The notes under the pieces were generated by a model. That model saw only the letters and a list, made by a program, of their open reading frames with translations, had not been told where the DNA came from and did not search any database. Shown here in pieces: positions 11,306 to 21,190 of a DNA stretch of 29,831 nt. This DNA is from Bacteroidota bacterium. GTDB taxonomy: Bacteria > Bacteroidota > Ignavibacteria > UBA10030 > UBA8401. The DNA lies in the NCBI GenBank assembly GCA_030824175.1, contig JAVBYH010000418.1, forward strand, positions 1-29,831, written 5' to 3'. The stretch's first letter is position 1, and each line of letters starts with the position of its first letter. The position numbers were made by a program, and so were the translations under genes.

Positions 11306-12277
11306 TTATACGCTTCGAGGTCCGCATATGCCTCCTTCAGGCAGTCCGGACACAGCGCATGGGTAAATCGATCCCGCCGCATCCATAATGTCTTCCTCCC
11401 TGGAAACCCGGACCCAACGTATCCGGTCGTCGGGACGAAACCACGTGAGCTGCCGTTTGGCGAAGCGTCGCGTGTTCTGCTTCATCAGTTCGACCATTCG
11501 GTCGAGCGAAATTTCGTGTCGAAGGAACGCGAAGGCTTCCTTGTAACCGACTGTTTGCAACGACTTGAGGCGTTCGTCGAATCCCAATTCAAGAAGCATC
11601 CGGACCTCGTCGAGGAAGCCCGACTCGAGCATGCTGTCCACGCGCCTGTTGATCCGTTCGTAGAGGAGCTTTCTCTCCCATTCTATTCCGACGAACGAGG
11701 CGTCGTAGAGTTCCGCGCGCTGCTGCCGCTGGTGGTGAACCGTAAGGGGAATGCCGGTGGCTTGGTAGACTTCGAGCGCGCGGATGATCCTGCGCGTGTT
11801 CGTGGGCAGCATTCTAGCGGCCGCTTCCGGGTCCACCGCCCGTAATTCTTCGAGCAGGCGGCCGCCGCCCTCCGCTTCCATGCGTGCCTCAAGGACGGAG
11901 CGGATCGCGGGTTGTATGGGAGGTCCGTCGAACAATCCATCGACGAGCGCCTCAACATAGAGACCCGTCCCTCCCGCTATAATCGGTATTTTTCCACGAA
12001 TGATGAGGTCGGTAATCGTCCTACGTCCCTGCTCGGCAAAGTCGCCTGCTGAAAAATGGACATTCGGTTCGAGGATATCGATGAAATGGTGCGGTATGCT
12101 CCGGAGCTCGGCAGGAGAGGGCTTGGCTGTCCCGATTGTGAGATGTTTATAGATCTGCCGGGAGTCGGCCGAGAGGATCTCCCCGTTGAGACGGCGGGCG
12201 ATCTCTAGTGCCAATGCGGTCTTGCCCGAGGCGGTCGGACCGACGATGCAGAGTATTTTGGGGAGGGCGTGTGCCAT
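11306..12277 (-). CDS. miaA: tRNA dimethylallyltransferase
   Basis: GPTASGKT, SADSRQIY, IGTAKP, GGTGLY, TRRFAKRQLTWFR. Confidence 0.96.
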   Translation of the reverse strand: MAHALPKILCIVGPTASGKTALALEIARRLNGEILSADSRQIYKHLTIGTAKPSPAELRSIPHHFIDILEPNVHFSAGDFAEQGRRTITDLIIRGKIPIIAGGTGLYVEALVDGLFDGPPIQPAIRSVLEARMEAEGGGRLLEELRAVDPEAAARMLPTNTRRIIRALEVYQATGIPLTVHHQRQQRAELYDASFVGIEWERKLLYERINRRVDSMLESGFLDEVRMLLELGFDERLKSLQTVGYKEAFAFLRHEISLDRMVELMKQNTRRFAKRQLTWFRPDDRIRWVRVSREEDIMDAAGSIYPCAVSGLPEGGICGPRSV

Positions 12278-12285
12278 ACTCGCCG

Positions 12286-12918
12286 TTACCAGGCGTTCTT
12301 TCCGATAAGGGGAACAAACTTAAATCCGCTTTCCTGCCTCAGCGTGAACTTGTCCCCCGCCCTGCTGAGCATCATGATTGTCTGTGTCTGTTTGTCCCCG
12401 ACGGGTATCACCATACGGCCGCCGTCGGCGAGTTGGTCGCGCAACGGATCCGGTATTGTCGGGGCGCCGGCCGTCACGATGATGCCGTCGTATGGCGCGT
12501 ACTCGGGCCAGCCGAGCGTGCCGTCTCCCGCCTTGGCGAGCACATTCACACGGAGCTGGTCGAACATTTTCCGCGCGTGTGTGAGCAGCGGGAGGTGTCG
12601 CTCGACGGTGTAGACCCTGCACCCCATCTCTGCGAGCACCGCCGCCTGATACCCCGATCCGGTGCCGACCTCGAGGACCCTGCTTCCGCGCTTGAGGCCG
12701 AGCGCCTGTGTCATGAATGCCACAGTGTACGGCTGCGAAATGGTCTGGTCGTACCCGATGGGCAGCGCGGTGTCCTCGTACGCGCGTGCTACGAAGAGCG
12801 GGCCCACGAACTTATGGCGTTCCACCGCACCGATCGCCGCAAGCACACCGTTGTCCGTAATATTCCGTTCGCGAAGCAACTGCACCAGTTCAAGCCGTTC
12901 AATTTCAAATCGTGTCAC
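12286..12918 (-). CDS. pcm: Protein-L-isoaspartate O-methyltransferase
   Basis: AYEDTALPIG..QTISQP, VLEVGTGSGYQAAVL, PYDGIIVTAG. Start uncertain: GTG 12918 preferred over TTG 12984, which overlaps the GT2 gene. Confidence 0.92.
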   Translation of the reverse strand: MTRFEIERLELVQLLRERNITDNGVLAAIGAVERHKFVGPLFVARAYEDTALPIGYDQTISQPYTVAFMTQALGLKRGSRVLEVGTGSGYQAAVLAEMGCRVYTVERHLPLLTHARKMFDQLRVNVLAKAGDGTLGWPEYAPYDGIIVTAGAPTIPDPLRDQLADGGRMVIPVGDKQTQTIMMLSRAGDKFTLRQESGFKFVPLIGKNAW

Positions 12919-12938
12919 GTCTGCAATCCAATCTTCGC

Positions 12939-13598
12939 TTAGTCTGCCATCAGCACGCTGATGAACTTTTTCGTTGTGTGCCAATGCGTCATCGAACTTT
13001 TTTCACCGGCATAAATAGTATCGATCGGCAGCGCGCCGAACGTGCATCCGACGGCAGCCGCCCGGATAATGAATTCCGTTTCCGCCTCGAATCCGTTGGA
13101 CGTCGTCCTGACCGCGCGGAGGGCGCGTGCATGGATGAAGCGGAATCCTGACTGGCTGTCCTCGATCGACGCGGCCGTGCGCGCACACACAAGGAACGTC
13201 GTGATCAGGTTCGAGAGGCGGCGGTGGACCGGCATTCCCTTCAGGGAGTGCAGCCGGCTGCCGATGATGATGTCCGCGTTCGTCTCAGAGAACGCGGCGA
13301 GGAACCGGGGGATGTCCTCGGGCTTATGCTGCAGATCCGCATCCATCGTGACGACGCCGTCGTACCCGTGTTCGAGGGCGTATGCGCACCCCGTTCTGAG
13401 CGCGGCACCCTTTCCGCGGTTCACGTCGTGCGAGAGGACCACCGCACCGGCGCGGGCGGCCGTTTCCGCCGTCGCGTCGCGCGAGCCGTCATTGACGACG
13501 ATCGTGTGTTCACGGGGATGGACGAGGCTGGAGCGATGGAGCAATGCATCGAGTGATGAAGAGGCATTGTACGCTGGAATGACGACTGCAATGTTCAT
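12939..13598 (-). CDS. GT2 family glycosyltransferase (DPM-synthase-like)
   Basis: VVIPAYN, VNDGSRD, NRGKGAAL, DADLQH (DxD), DSQSGFR. Confidence 0.9.
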   Translation of the reverse strand: MNIAVVIPAYNASSSLDALLHRSSLVHPREHTIVVNDGSRDATAETAARAGAVVLSHDVNRGKGAALRTGCAYALEHGYDGVVTMDADLQHKPEDIPRFLAAFSETNADIIIGSRLHSLKGMPVHRRLSNLITTFLVCARTAASIEDSQSGFRFIHARALRAVRTTSNGFEAETEFIIRAAAVGCTFGALPIDTIYAGEKSSMTHWHTTKKFISVLMAD

Positions 13599-13600
13599 GG

Positions 13601-14416
13601 TTACGATTCTGCGCGAAGCGCTTCTTTTACATTCGTGAGCGATCGCTGCATCGAGAGCACCAGGCGTTCACGAAGTTCCTTGCGGAGTTCCTGAGGCGTC
13701 AGGTTCCGGAGCAGGAATCCGTTCTCGGCGAGCGAGATCGATCCCGTCTCCTCGGAAATTATGACGGACACCGCGTCCGTCTGTTCCGAGATGCCGAGCC
13801 CCGCGCGATGGCGCATGCCGAGCACGATGTCGCCGATGCGCGTGTTCGCAGACAGCGGCAGCGTGCAGCGCGCGGCCTCGAGTATCCTGTCGTTCACGAT
13901 CACCGCGCCGTCGTGCAGAGGCGCCTTCGGATTGAAGATCGCCAGCAGCAGCGAGCGGCTGATCTGCGCGTTCAATTGGATGCCGGTTTCGACGAACGAC
14001 TTCATGCCTGCCCCTCGCGAGACGACGATGAGCGCCCCCTGACGTTTCTTCGAGAGCTCGGCGGCGGCGCTTGCGATCTCCTCGATCGATTCGTTCACAT
14101 TTAAACGCAGGAACATGCGCACGAAGCGGTTCCGTGCCACCTGCGACAACACCCTGCGAATCTCCGGCTGGAAGAGGATGATGAACCCGACGACCCAAAT
14201 GTCTGTCAGCGTCTGCAGTATCCACCCCATCGCCTTCAGGTTGCCCGCGCGCGACAGGAACGAGAGCGCGATGATCACCATGAGGCCGATGAAGATCTGC
14301 ACGGCCACCGTTCCGCGCAACACCACATACAAACGGTACAGAATGAACGCAACGAGCGCGATATCGATGCAGTCGATCAGTGTAACGCTGATAAAGCCGA
14401 TCTTGAATAATTCCAT
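13601..14416 (-). CDS. cdaA: Membrane-bound diadenylate cyclase CdaA (c-di-AMP synthase)
   Basis: N-terminal TM helices, ILFQPEIR, catalytic HDGA and RHRA motifs, SEETG. Confidence 0.92.
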   Translation of the reverse strand: MELFKIGFISVTLIDCIDIALVAFILYRLYVVLRGTVAVQIFIGLMVIIALSFLSRAGNLKAMGWILQTLTDIWVVGFIILFQPEIRRVLSQVARNRFVRMFLRLNVNESIEEIASAAAELSKKRQGALIVVSRGAGMKSFVETGIQLNAQISRSLLLAIFNPKAPLHDGAVIVNDRILEAARCTLPLSANTRIGDIVLGMRHRAGLGISEQTDAVSVIISEETGSISLAENGFLLRNLTPQELRKELRERLVLSMQRSLTNVKEALRAES

Positions 14417-14434
14417 GGGGTCGTCAGTCTGTTG

Positions 14435-15280
14435 TCATGCATGCACCACGGCATCGGTCATCATCGCCACGCGCTTCATCCGTAGCACGTCGTGAACCCG
14501 CACGATGTGCGCCCCGTTCATGATCGCCATCGCGACCGTCGCTCCCGTGCCGTCGTTGCGGTCGTCCGTCTGCGTGCCTGTGGCCGTGCCGATGAATCCC
14601 TTGCGTGACGTGCCGACGAGAATGGGGCAGCCGATGTCCTTCAGCCGTGCGAGGTGTTTCAGGAGCAGAAGATTGTGATGATACGTCTTGCCGAATCCGA
14701 ATCCGGGATCGATCATGACGGTCTCTATGCCGGCCTCGCGCGCCGCCCGCACTCGTGCGGCAAGGTGCCCGGCCACCTCCTCCACCACGTCGTCGTAGTG
14801 CGGATGCTCCTGCATCGTCGACGGCGTGCCCTGGATGTGCATCGCGACGAGGGATGCATGATGCCGTGCGATTACCGCCGCCATGGCGGGATCGAATGTC
14901 ATGCCGCTGATATCGTTGATGATGTCGACCCCGGCCGCAAGCGCCGCCTCGGCGACCTCAGCCTTGTACGTGTCGACGGACAGCAGGACGCCGTCCAGCT
15001 TCCTCAATTCCCTGACCACGGGCAGGATCCGGTCCAGCTCTTCCTCCGCGGTGACCGCTGCAGCCCCGGCGCCGTACGCGCCCTTCGGCCGTGTGGATTC
15101 GCCGCCGATATCGATGATGTCGGCCCCGTCGTCGAGCATCCTGCGTCCATGCGCGGCCGCCGCCGCAGATGATACATACATGCCCCCGTCTGAAAACGAA
15201 TCGGGTGTCACGTTCAGGATCCCCATGATGAGCGTGCGGCGCGAACAGTCGACGATCTTGGTACCGATACGCATGTCCAT
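14435..15280 (-). CDS. folP: Dihydropteroate synthase
   Basis: MGILNVTPDSFSDGG, GGESTRP, DTYKAEVA, INDISG, DPGFGF, SRKGF, RVHDV. Start ATG 15280 or 15274. Confidence 0.95.
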   Translation of the reverse strand: MDMRIGTKIVDCSRRTLIMGILNVTPDSFSDGGMYVSSAAAAAHGRRMLDDGADIIDIGGESTRPKGAYGAGAAAVTAEEELDRILPVVRELRKLDGVLLSVDTYKAEVAEAALAAGVDIINDISGMTFDPAMAAVIARHHASLVAMHIQGTPSTMQEHPHYDDVVEEVAGHLAARVRAAREAGIETVMIDPGFGFGKTYHHNLLLLKHLARLKDIGCPILVGTSRKGFIGTATGTQTDDRNDGTGATVAMAIMNGAHIVRVHDVLRMKRVAMMTDAVVHA

Positions 15281-15291
15281 GACTTTCTCGC

Positions 15292-15320
15292 AATATATCC
15301 AATTCACACGGGTTTAGCAA
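15292..15320 (-). promoter_or_regulatory. Putative sigma70 promoter of the folP operon (very short leader)
   Basis: TTGCTA-N17-TATATT, ending 11 nt upstream of ATG 15280. Confidence 0.55.
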
Positions 15321-15344
15321 TAAAAAACCCTCGTCACCGAGGGT
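15319..15344 (-). terminator. Intrinsic terminator of the small basic-peptide gene
   Basis: ACCCTCG-GTGA-CGAGGGT stem with a GNRA tetraloop, then a T run, starting 6 nt after the stop. Confidence 0.85.
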
Positions 15345-15350
15345 CTCTAC

Positions 15351-15449
15351 TTACGCTTTCTTCTTCGCGCGCAGCGCTCTTGCTTTTTCCTTCAGTTTCA
15401 ATCTGCGCTTGCGATGTTTTTTCGAAACATGCAGTCCTTTTTTGTTCAT
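15351..15449 (-). CDS. Small highly basic protein, 32 aa (not in ORF track): MNKKGLHVSKKHRKRRLKLKEKARALRAKKKA
   Basis: Manual translation. AAGGGAAG RBS just upstream, a sigma70-like promoter upstream and an intrinsic terminator downstream. Confidence 0.75.
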   Translation of the reverse strand: MNKKGLHVSKKHRKRRLKLKEKARALRAKKKA

Positions 15450-15509
15450 GATCTTCCCTTTGCATTTAACATGTGTATCGGTTGTTCTGTTAGTATCTTC
15501 GCATTGTTT

Positions 15510-15538
15510 AAAATATCCAAAAAAATCGAAGGAATCAA
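15510..15538 (-). promoter_or_regulatory. Putative sigma70 promoter of the small basic-peptide gene
   Basis: TTGATT-N17-TATTTT. Confidence 0.55.
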
Positions 15539-15545
15539 GGGGAAT

Positions 15546-16184
15546 CTACCGGATTGCAACATATCCGTCGTTCACGATGATCGTGTCGATTCGGTTCTTG
15601 TCGTTCAGCAGCGGAAGCATCAGCTCGAAATGCCGGATGAGGAACCGGAGACGGGTGTTTTCCGAGGTCATCGTGAGGAAGAGCTGGCGCTGCACCATTT
15701 CAAGACCGGCCTTCTGCACCATGACAAACGAGAGGCAGGAGCTGTCGGGAAATGCCTCAAGAGACTGTACAGTTCCCTTGAACGCGATCGTCACGAACTT
15801 GTTGTATAATGAGGCCGCTTCATCCACGAGCGCATGGTCCACCATTTCCGTCGCGTCGTCATAGTACGAGATGCTGCCGATTGAGTACGCGTGCCGGGTG
15901 TCTGCAAATCCGTGGAGGGTGTAGCGGCGGGCCCCTTCCACGACGATCTCCATGGTGCCGTCCGCATGCCGCTCCAGGACCTCCACCACGCGCGCAACGC
16001 ACCCGATGGAGCGGATCTTGTTCTCGTACATGAGGTTGATGCCGAATGCCGAGTTCGCCGCAATGCACTCGTTGATGAGCAGCTTATAGCGCTCTTCGAA
16101 GATGTGAAGCGGGAGCCGCGATCCGGGAAACATCACGACAGACAACGGGAAGAGCGGCAAGAGTGTCCGTTGGGAACTGGGCAT
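15546..16184 (-). CDS. Stand-alone LON peptidase substrate-binding (N-terminal) domain protein
   Basis: LPLFPL.VVMFPG..LPLHIFEERY...GCVARV...VVEG..R. No AAA+ or protease domain. Start moved to ATG 16184. Confidence 0.85.
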   Translation of the reverse strand: MPSSQRTLLPLFPLSVVMFPGSRLPLHIFEERYKLLINECIAANSAFGINLMYENKIRSIGCVARVVEVLERHADGTMEIVVEGARRYTLHGFADTRHAYSIGSISYYDDATEMVDHALVDEAASLYNKFVTIAFKGTVQSLEAFPDSSCLSFVMVQKAGLEMVQRQLFLTMTSENTRLRFLIRHFELMLPLLNDKNRIDTIIVNDGYVAIR

Positions 16185-16229
16185 AGGCAGATGGAGTGCA
16201 TCGTGTTTGTGAACACAGCGCGTGCAGCG

Positions 16230-16259
16230 GAGGGCCCGTACGTGATGCACGGGCCCCTC
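16230..16259. other. GC-rich stem-loop between sodA and the LON-N gene, no T tract
   Basis: GGGCCCGT...ACGGGCCC inverted repeat. Could be a stabilising or processing hairpin rather than a terminator. Confidence 0.45.
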
Positions 16260-16266
16260 ACCGCGA

Positions 16267-16878
16267 TTATTTCGACGCCATCTCGAAGCGTTCAACGACA
16301 TCGTTCCAGTTGACGACGTTCCAGAACGCGCCGAGGTAATCGGCCCGGCGATTCTGATATTTCAGATAATATGCGTGTTCCCACACGTCCACCGTCAGGA
16401 GCGGAACATGGCCGACTGAGAGCGGCGTGTCCTGGTTTGCTGTCGATGTGATGGCCAGCTTGCCGCCGCCATCGAGGATGAGCCATGCCCAGCCCGACCC
16501 GAATCGGCCGAGGCCGGCCTTCGTCAGTTGGTCCTTCAATCCGTCGAACGATTGGAATTCTTTCTTCACGGCATCGGCGAATGCGCCCGTCGGAAGCGGG
16601 ACGTCCTTTTTTAGCTGTTCCCAGAACATGTTGTGGTTTACGACACCGCCGCCGTTGTTGCGCACCGCCGTCTGTACCGCTTCGGGAAGCGACTGGAGAT
16701 CGGAGATCAATTCGACCGGCGACTTCGCCTGAAGCTCGGGATAATTGGTGACGGCATTGTTCAGGTTCGTTACATACGTCTGGTGATGCTTGTCGTGATG
16801 GATCTCCATCGTCTTCGCATCTATGAACGGTTCGAGTGCGTCGAACGCGTAGCCGAGGGGTTGAAGAGTGTATGCCAT
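16267..16878 (-). CDS. sodA: Fe/Mn superoxide dismutase with Mn-type signature
   Basis: HHDKHH, NNGGG..NH, NQD, DVWEHAYY. Confidence 0.92.
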   Translation of the reverse strand: MAYTLQPLGYAFDALEPFIDAKTMEIHHDKHHQTYVTNLNNAVTNYPELQAKSPVELISDLQSLPEAVQTAVRNNGGGVVNHNMFWEQLKKDVPLPTGAFADAVKKEFQSFDGLKDQLTKAGLGRFGSGWAWLILDGGGKLAITSTANQDTPLSVGHVPLLTVDVWEHAYYLKYQNRRADYLGAFWNVVNWNDVVERFEMASK

Positions 16879-16915
16879 GAGACTTGATCCTTATGTTTGA
16901 TGATTGATTGGGTAG

Positions 16916-17248
16916 TTACATATTCAGTGCGAGCTTCGCGGCTTCGGTCATCATGCTCGGGTCCCAGCGGGGCTCCCAAACGACCGAAACGTTGGCCTGC
17001 GTGATACCTTTTACCGTCTCCACCTTCTCCTTGATCTCCGGAGGCAGGCTTTGGGCGGCGGGACACATCGGTGAAGTGAGCGTCATCGTGATGTCGGCGA
17101 CGCCGTTCGGCGCGATATCAACTGTATACACAAGTCCGAGCTCGTAAATATCGACCGGAATCTCCGGATCATACACCGTCCTGAGCGTGTTGACGACCTC
17201 TTCCTTCAGCACGATGAGTTCAAATGAATTGTGCAACATTGTGTCCAT
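16916..17248 (-). CDS. sufT: SufT / DUF59 Fe-S maturation protein
   Basis: YDPEIPVDIYELGLVY...TLTSPMCP (DPE...T-x3-C). Start moved to ATG 17248 (AAGGGA RBS). Confidence 0.88.
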   Translation of the reverse strand: MDTMLHNSFELIVLKEEVVNTLRTVYDPEIPVDIYELGLVYTVDIAPNGVADITMTLTSPMCPAAQSLPPEIKEKVETVKGITQANVSVVWEPRWDPSMMTEAAKLALNM

Positions 17249-17258
17249 TGCCGTTCCC

Positions 17259-17732
17259 TTATTCGGTTGTATCTGATGTAACAATAGTTTTCGGAGAATC
17301 GTTCATTTCGTGCAGCACGGAATGCATGGCATGCCAGGCCAGGCTCGCGCACTTGATGCGTGCCGGAAATTCCGCGACGCCGGCCAGCGCGCCGAGAGAT
17401 CCGAGGTCTTCCACGTCCGGATCCGGCCCCATCTTCCCCGTGACGACGGCGTGAAATTTCTGGAAGAGGCTTTCGACTTCCTCCACGGTGGCCCCCTTGA
17501 TGGCCGATGTCATCATCGACGCCGATGCCTTCGAGATCGCACATCCCGCGCCCTGGAATGAGGCGTCGGCGATCCGATTGTCTTTCACGTTGAGATAGAT
17601 CGTGTAATGATCTCCGCACAACGGATTATACCCTTCCACTGTCTTGTCCGCATGCTCGATCGTCCGGAAGTTTCGGGGACTCTTGTTGTGTTCCAGTATC
17701 AGCTGCTGGTACAGTTCATTGATGGCGCTCAT
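17259..17732 (-). CDS. sufU: SufU (Zn-dependent sulfur acceptor, NifU-N family)
   Basis: NPLCGD, GCAIS, PARIKCA. Lacks the IscU LPPVK..CH motif; follows sufS. Confidence 0.9.
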   Translation of the reverse strand: MSAINELYQQLILEHNKSPRNFRTIEHADKTVEGYNPLCGDHYTIYLNVKDNRIADASFQGAGCAISKASASMMTSAIKGATVEEVESLFQKFHAVVTGKMGPDPDVEDLGSLGALAGVAEFPARIKCASLAWHAMHSVLHEMNDSPKTIVTSDTTE

Positions 17733-19000
17733 GCGTGGAAGATCTCCTTCACTTTTGCGATGCCCCGGCCGAGCGCATCGAGCTCTTCCTTCGTGTTGTA
17801 AAATGCCAGCGACGCCCGCGCGGTGGCCGGTATGCCGAACCGCTTCATGACGGGCTGCGTGCAGTGGTGTCCGGTCCGGATGGCGATGCCTTCCTGGTCC
17901 AGGATCGTTCCGATGTCGTGGGGATGCACGTGTTCCATGACGAAGGAAAGTACGCCCGCCTTCTCCCTGGCCGTGCCGACGAGGCGCACGCCGTCGATCG
18001 CCGAGAGGAGCGTTGTGCCGTAGGCGAGCAATTCGCGTTCGTACTCCTCCACCTCTTCGAAACCGACGCGCCGCACGTAATCGATCGCCACACCGAGACC
18101 CACCACGCCGGCGATGTTCCCCGTGCCGGCTTCGAATTTATACGGCAGGGCGTTGTATGTGGTTTTTTCGAATGTGACGGATTCGATCATGTCGCCGCCG
18201 CCCTGGTACGGATCCATACGGTCCAGGATCTCGGCCTTGCCATAGAGCGCCCCTACACCCGTGGGCGCAAACACCTTGTGCCCCGAGAATGCGAAGAAAT
18301 CACAATCGAGGTCCCTCACGTCGATCTTCATATGCGAGACAGCCTGCGCCCCGTCGACGAGCACGGGCACGCCGAGCGCATGCGCGCTCTTGATGATGTC
18401 TTTCACGGGATTGACGGTACCGAGCGAGTTCGAGACCATCACAACGGACACGAACTTCGTTTTCGGCGACAGCATCTTCTCGTACTCGTCCATGAGGAGT
18501 TCCCCCTCGTCGTTCATCGGGATGACGCGCAGCACGGCTTTCTTCTCGGCGCAGACCATCTGCCACGGCACGATGTTGGAATGGTGCTCCATCGCCGAGA
18601 TGATCACTTCATCCCCCTCCGCAAGAAATTTCCTGCCGTACCCGTGAGCCACAAGATTGATCGCCTCGGTCGCGCCGCGGACGAAGATGATCTCATGGTT
18701 GTCGGCCGCATTCACGAAATTCTTCACCTTGCCGCGGGCTTTTTCATATTCGAACGTGGCCACCTCGCTCAGGTAATGGACGCCGCGATGAATGTTCGCA
18801 TTCTGCGAATGGTAATACCGCTGGTCCGCGTCGATCACGTGAAGGGGCTTCTGCGTCGTTGCGGCGTTGTCGAGATACACGAGGGGCTTGCCGTGCACAA
18901 GCGTGTGAAGGATGGGAAAATCCTCGCGGATGCGTTCGATATCGAAGCGCACGCGCTTGTCGACATCCATCATCATTGCGCTGTCATTCTTTTTCATCAT
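17729..19000 (-). CDS. sufS: Cysteine desulfurase, group II
   Basis: YLDNAATTQKP, FSGHKVF (PLP Lys), RTGHHC group II signature. Start ATG 19000 or 18976. Confidence 0.95.
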   Translation of the reverse strand: MMKKNDSAMMMDVDKRVRFDIERIREDFPILHTLVHGKPLVYLDNAATTQKPLHVIDADQRYYHSQNANIHRGVHYLSEVATFEYEKARGKVKNFVNAADNHEIIFVRGATEAINLVAHGYGRKFLAEGDEVIISAMEHHSNIVPWQMVCAEKKAVLRVIPMNDEGELLMDEYEKMLSPKTKFVSVVMVSNSLGTVNPVKDIIKSAHALGVPVLVDGAQAVSHMKIDVRDLDCDFFAFSGHKVFAPTGVGALYGKAEILDRMDPYQGGGDMIESVTFEKTTYNALPYKFEAGTGNIAGVVGLGVAIDYVRRVGFEEVEEYERELLAYGTTLLSAIDGVRLVGTAREKAGVLSFVMEHVHPHDIGTILDQEGIAIRTGHHCTQPVMKRFGIPATARASLAFYNTKEELDALGRGIAKVKEIFHA

Positions 19001-20392
19001 GCTTCCCGCTGTGGACGATTTCAGGGATCTCGTTGCCGAGCTTTTTCCGGAGCTGTGATACGACCAACGCATCCACCATGCTCCGCGACGCCGCATGATC
19101 GATCTTCTCCGTCACCTCGGCGGCAAAGCCGATCGTGACGATGCCGCGAGCCGTCGCTCCGCCGATGCCGCGGCTCTTCAGATAAAACACGAGTGTTTCG
19201 TTCATGCCGCCCACCGTCGCCCCGTGCGTGCATTTCACGTCGTCGGCGAAGATCTCGAGCTGCGGCTGCGTGTCGACCGACGCCGTCTCGGACAACATCA
19301 GGTTGCGGTTCGTCTGCTTCGAATCCGTCTTCTGCGCGATGGCGTCCACGTACACCTTACCCGTATAGACCGCGCGGGCGCTTCCGTCCAGGATGCCCTT
19401 GAAGAGCTCATGGCTCGTGCACTCGGGGACCTTGTGGTGAATGAATGTGTGGTGGTCGGTGAGCTGTGTGCCGTCGGCCATGTACAGCCCGTTCACGTTC
19501 ACGTCCGCCTTCTCGCCTTCGAGCGCGACGCTGATCTCGGAGCGCGAAATTGCGCCGCCCATGGCAAGCGAGAACATATTGAGCCGGCTCTCCGCATGCT
19601 GCTCGCCGGAGACCGTGTGCATGTGGAATGCTCCGACATGTTCGTTTTGGATCTTGACATAATCGATGCTGCTGTTGGCCGCCAGCACGATCTCCGTGAC
19701 GGCATTCGTGAACGAGGCGCGAGCGCTCATCGAGATGAAACTTTCAATGACCGTCGCCGAGGAGTGTTTCTCCGCGGTAACGATGAGGCGCGGATACGAG
19801 GCGCGCGCGGGCTCGTCGTCCGTCTGCACGGACACATTCAGCACGTGGATCGGCGTATCGATCGTGATGCCCTCCGGTATCTGCACGAAGAGCCCGTCCG
19901 ACAGGAACGCCGTGTTCAACGCCGCAAAGGCGTTCGTGCGCATGTCGGCATGACGCGCGCAATGCCGCTGGACGTCGGCGTTGTCCCGCGCCTCCGCCGA
20001 GGCCAGGTTGAACACTTCAACATTCGCCGAGAAGTTGACGGCCGAGAGCGACGGCGAAAAATGACCGTTCACGAAGACAAACCGGTGCTCGTCCTTCTGG
20101 ATCGTGTAACGCTCGAGGCGTGCGCCTGTGAGCTCGGGGTAGTCCCTTTTCGGCGAGACGGCGAAGGCCTGCTTCGCGAGTGGAGCGATGTTCGTGAAGC
20201 GCCAGTCCTCCCTGTCCTGCCCCGGAAGGCCGAGCTCCCCAAATGACGCAATCCCCGCGCTGCGGAGGTGCTTCATCCATGCCGGCGATGCGGAGGCTCC
20301 GTTGCCCTCGAACCGCCGGTGGTCGTTTATGTACGGCGTCTGTGCTGTTTCGTGTGCCATGCTGTCAATATCCTTGTGTGAGTGCGGTGCCA

Positions 20393-20393
<1 letters not shown>
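18984..20393 (-). CDS. sufD: Fe-S assembly protein SufD
   Basis: FAALNTAF, beta-helix repeats, PQLEIFADDVKCTHGAT. Start 20393 (TGATG coupling) or 20360. Confidence 0.93.
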
Positions 20394-21157
<764 letters not shown>

Positions 21158-21190
21158 TGAGGTTCTCCGTTGTTCAATAGTAATGTGTGC

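Noticed and set aside
16600-16660. SOD motif GGGVVNH lacking the usual first His
   Set aside because: That His is not a metal ligand; all four ligands and the Mn-type Gly/Gln-Asp signature are present.
18968-19000. Run of ATG codons at the sufD/sufS overlap
   Set aside because: Only makes the start ambiguous; no evidence of a repeat or phase-variation tract.
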